A stretch of DNA of 63,477 bases, the filler included, from Octopus bimaculoides (taxonomy: Eukaryota), in NCBI RefSeq assembly GCF_001194135.2. It is 5 parts of 5 records of this genome, joined end to end, with 100 filler letters (N's around TTAATTAATTAA, not from the genome) between each part and the next. Parts side by side here need not be neighbours in the genome. Positions count along the whole stretch, not along the records: positions 60,751 to 63,477 come from NC_068983.1; 4 more parts are not named here. One strand, written 5' to 3'. This document shows, piece by piece, positions 61,387-63,477 of the stretch. The notes under the pieces were generated by a model. The model worked only from the letters and a program-made list of their open reading frames with translations, had not been told where the DNA came from and searched no databases. Numbering within the stretch: the stretch's first letter is position 1; each line of letters opens with the position of its first letter. Both the position numbers and the translations under genes were made by a program.

Positions 61387-61454
61387 TGCTAAGAAATAAC
61401 CCAAACTGCAATATGCATAATTGTGTAAAATAGTGTGAATTTTTCGAACAGTTT

Positions 61455-61737
61455 GCTGTGGTTAGTGCGTCGGGCTCACAATCATGCTGTTGTGAGTTCG
61501 ATTCCCGGACCGGGTCGTTTGAGCATGACACTTCATTTCACATTCCTCTAATTCACTTAGCTGTAGAAATGAGTTGCGACATCATTGGCGCCAAGCTGTA
61601 TCGGCCTTTCCTTTGGATAATATCGGTGGCGTGGGGAGGGGAGGCGACTACATGGGTGACTGCTGGTCTTCCCTAAACAACCTTGCTTCGGAGGGTAATT
61701 TTCTAGGTGCAATCTCATGGTCATTCATGATCGAAAG
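61455..61737 (+). mobile_element. tRNA-headed SINE (family E)
   Basis: GTGGTTAG...GAGTTCGATTCCCGGACC head followed by a CORE-like block. Confidence 0.6.
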
Positions 61738-61882
61738 GGGTCTTACATATATGTGCATGTGTGTTTATATGTATATCTTCGGTTGAGTTCCACCTGTTTT
61801 ATATGGGTTTTACACATACCTTTCCATGCAACTCCATATGCGCTGCATAAATGTGATAGGGGAGATTATGTACAGAATATCA

Positions 61883-62582
61883 GTAGGCATTCGTCGGTCT
61901 CGAGACACCATGGATCTGCGCCCAAAGGAATTGTGTCAGCTGCTGCTGTGAATATAGACACCCACACGGGAGTGGCAGTCACGCATACAGTGACTGCTTT
62001 TGAAGAAGCTCTTTACAGGCGCTACTCGTTTTCCTTCCCTCGTGTGTTCCTTTCTTTCGTGTTAAGTTCCTCTTTCTTTTCCCCCTTCTTCATTGCCTTT
62101 CACAACATTTGTTTCCAGCGAGGGCGACCATTTCCGACCTTCTCCTATCTCAGGAGACGTCCAGATCAAGTGACTTCATATCGTTCTTGCAGACGTCGTA
62201 GACACGAAGATGAGTTCGTCCTCGTGTGCCGGTGGACAATTTCCCACGCAGGAGGACTTTTGGGATCTTCGTCTCCGGCATGCGATGTACATGGCTGAAC
62301 TAGCGCAGACGGCGCTGCTGAACAGGGTGAATATACTGGGTATTTTGGCATGATTGAGAACTTCTGTGTTGGTGATGCGGTCGGTCCACTTGATATCCAG
62401 GATGCGGAAGACGAAGACGTTTGTAGCCAGTTTTCTATTTTCTTTGTGGCTCAGGCAAATATGGAAGATGCTTGACTCAGAGTCCAGAGGGAGGTCACCA
62501 GAGACGGTTGAGTCGAGATAAGGGAATTCATGGACTACCTCCAGCTTGTAGTTGTTAATGGTGATGAAGGTGGGTGATTGAC
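61883..62582 (-). mobile_element. RTE-BovB-like LINE 3' fragment
   Basis: ITINNYKLEVVHEFPYLDSTVS...RILDIKWTDRITNTEVLNHAKIPSIFTL..QRRLR...HVHRM...IPK...KNDMK, then C-terminal CMRDCHSRVG and a short 3' end CCATGGTGTCTCGAGACCGACGAATGCCTAC. Confidence 0.8.
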
Positions 62583-63235
62583 AAAAATTCATAGGGAAGA
62601 ATCTATCGTTTTTCCACAAATCATATTTATTTATTTATTTATACATATATAAGGGCATAACTATACAAGAATGCATCACGTTAACTACTGTAATAAACAC
62701 ATTTTTACCGAATGCGAGGAAATGCAACCTTCAAAGAAGCTAGCCTTTTAAAAACAGACTGAACTATAGATCGCCGATTTCGTGATCATTATAGTAATAT
62801 CTAAACTTCCCTCGGCAGTATAGTATAGTCAAGACACAGAAATAAACAAANNNNNNNNNNNNNNNNNNNNNNNNNNNNNNNNNNNNNNNNNNNNNNNNNN
62901 NNNNNNNNNNNNNNNNNNNNNNNNNNNNNNNNNNNNNNNNNNNNNNNNNNNNNNNNNNNNNNNNNNNNNNNNNNNNNNNNNNNNNNNNNNNNNNNNNNNN
63001 NNNNNNNNNNNNNNNNNNNNNNNNNNNNNNNNNNNNNNNNNNNNNNNNNNNNNNNNNNNNNNNNNNNNNNNNNNNNNNNNNNNNNNNNNNNNNNNNNNNN
63101 NNNNNNNNNNNNNNNNNNNNNNNNNNNNNNNNNNNNNNNNNNNNNNNNNNNNNNNNNNNNNNNNNNNNNNNNNNNNNNNNNNNNNNNNNNNNNNNNNNNN
63201 NNNNNNNNACGATAGAGTCTTCCCTATGAATTTTT
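62583..63235. mobile_element. Non-autonomous TIR element (27-bp inverted termini) truncating the RTE-BovB copy
   Basis: 62583-62609 AAAAATTCATAGGGAAGAATCTATCGT versus the reverse complement of 63209-63235 gives 26/27 identity. The interior is partly an N gap. Confidence 0.55.
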
Positions 63236-63411
63236 TTCACGTTAGCTACTTGATAAATTCTTATAAAAGAGTTTATCTTATTGTATTAATTAAATATATA
63301 ACCGGAATATATTCAGTGCTGAATTTTATTCCGATTAAAAACATATGGTACTGAAGTGCAGTGTGTTTAATACGGTAGTTAACGTGAGGCATTCTTATAT
63401 AGTTATGCTCT

Positions 63412-63477
<66 letters not shown>

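Overview
AT-rich, repeat-dominated eukaryotic (animal) genomic scaffold with many N gaps and abundant (AT)n/(AC)n/(AG)n/(AAT)n microsatellites. The SINE and microsatellite make-up resembles what I recall of octopus genomes; this is an inference and was not verified. I found no convincing host protein-coding gene, tRNA, rRNA or CRISPR array. Almost all ORF-track entries are microsatellite or N read-through, or antisense frames of transposons. The central feature is a ~12 kb nest of decayed transposons at 30.2-42.4 kb. It holds a mariner, a long-TIR Tc1, and a second mariner split by a near full-length Tx1/L1-clade LINE (ORF1 with CCHC knuckle; ORF2 with APE and RT). Two divergent ORF1-only ('half-LINE'-like) relatives are stacked head-to-tail upstream of that LINE. 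Degenerate copies of one ~17-bp target motif sit at the junctions, suggesting repeated insertion at one site in a mariner gene. The second highlight is a set of minimal type I hammerhead ribozyme motifs in two unrelated repeat families. One motif lies inside a tRNA-headed SINE-like element (26489-26725), whose 3' part also occurs as a 189-bp head-to-head palindrome (54592-54780). The other lies in a Penelope-like inverted repeat (28879-29372). Other remnants include R4/Dong-like RLE LINEs, RTE-BovB, RTE-X, Tigger, further mariner and Tx1 pieces, foldback/MITE-like elements, several tRNA-derived SINE families and non-coding tandem duplications. All translations and alignments were done by eye; coordinates of degraded elements are approximate.
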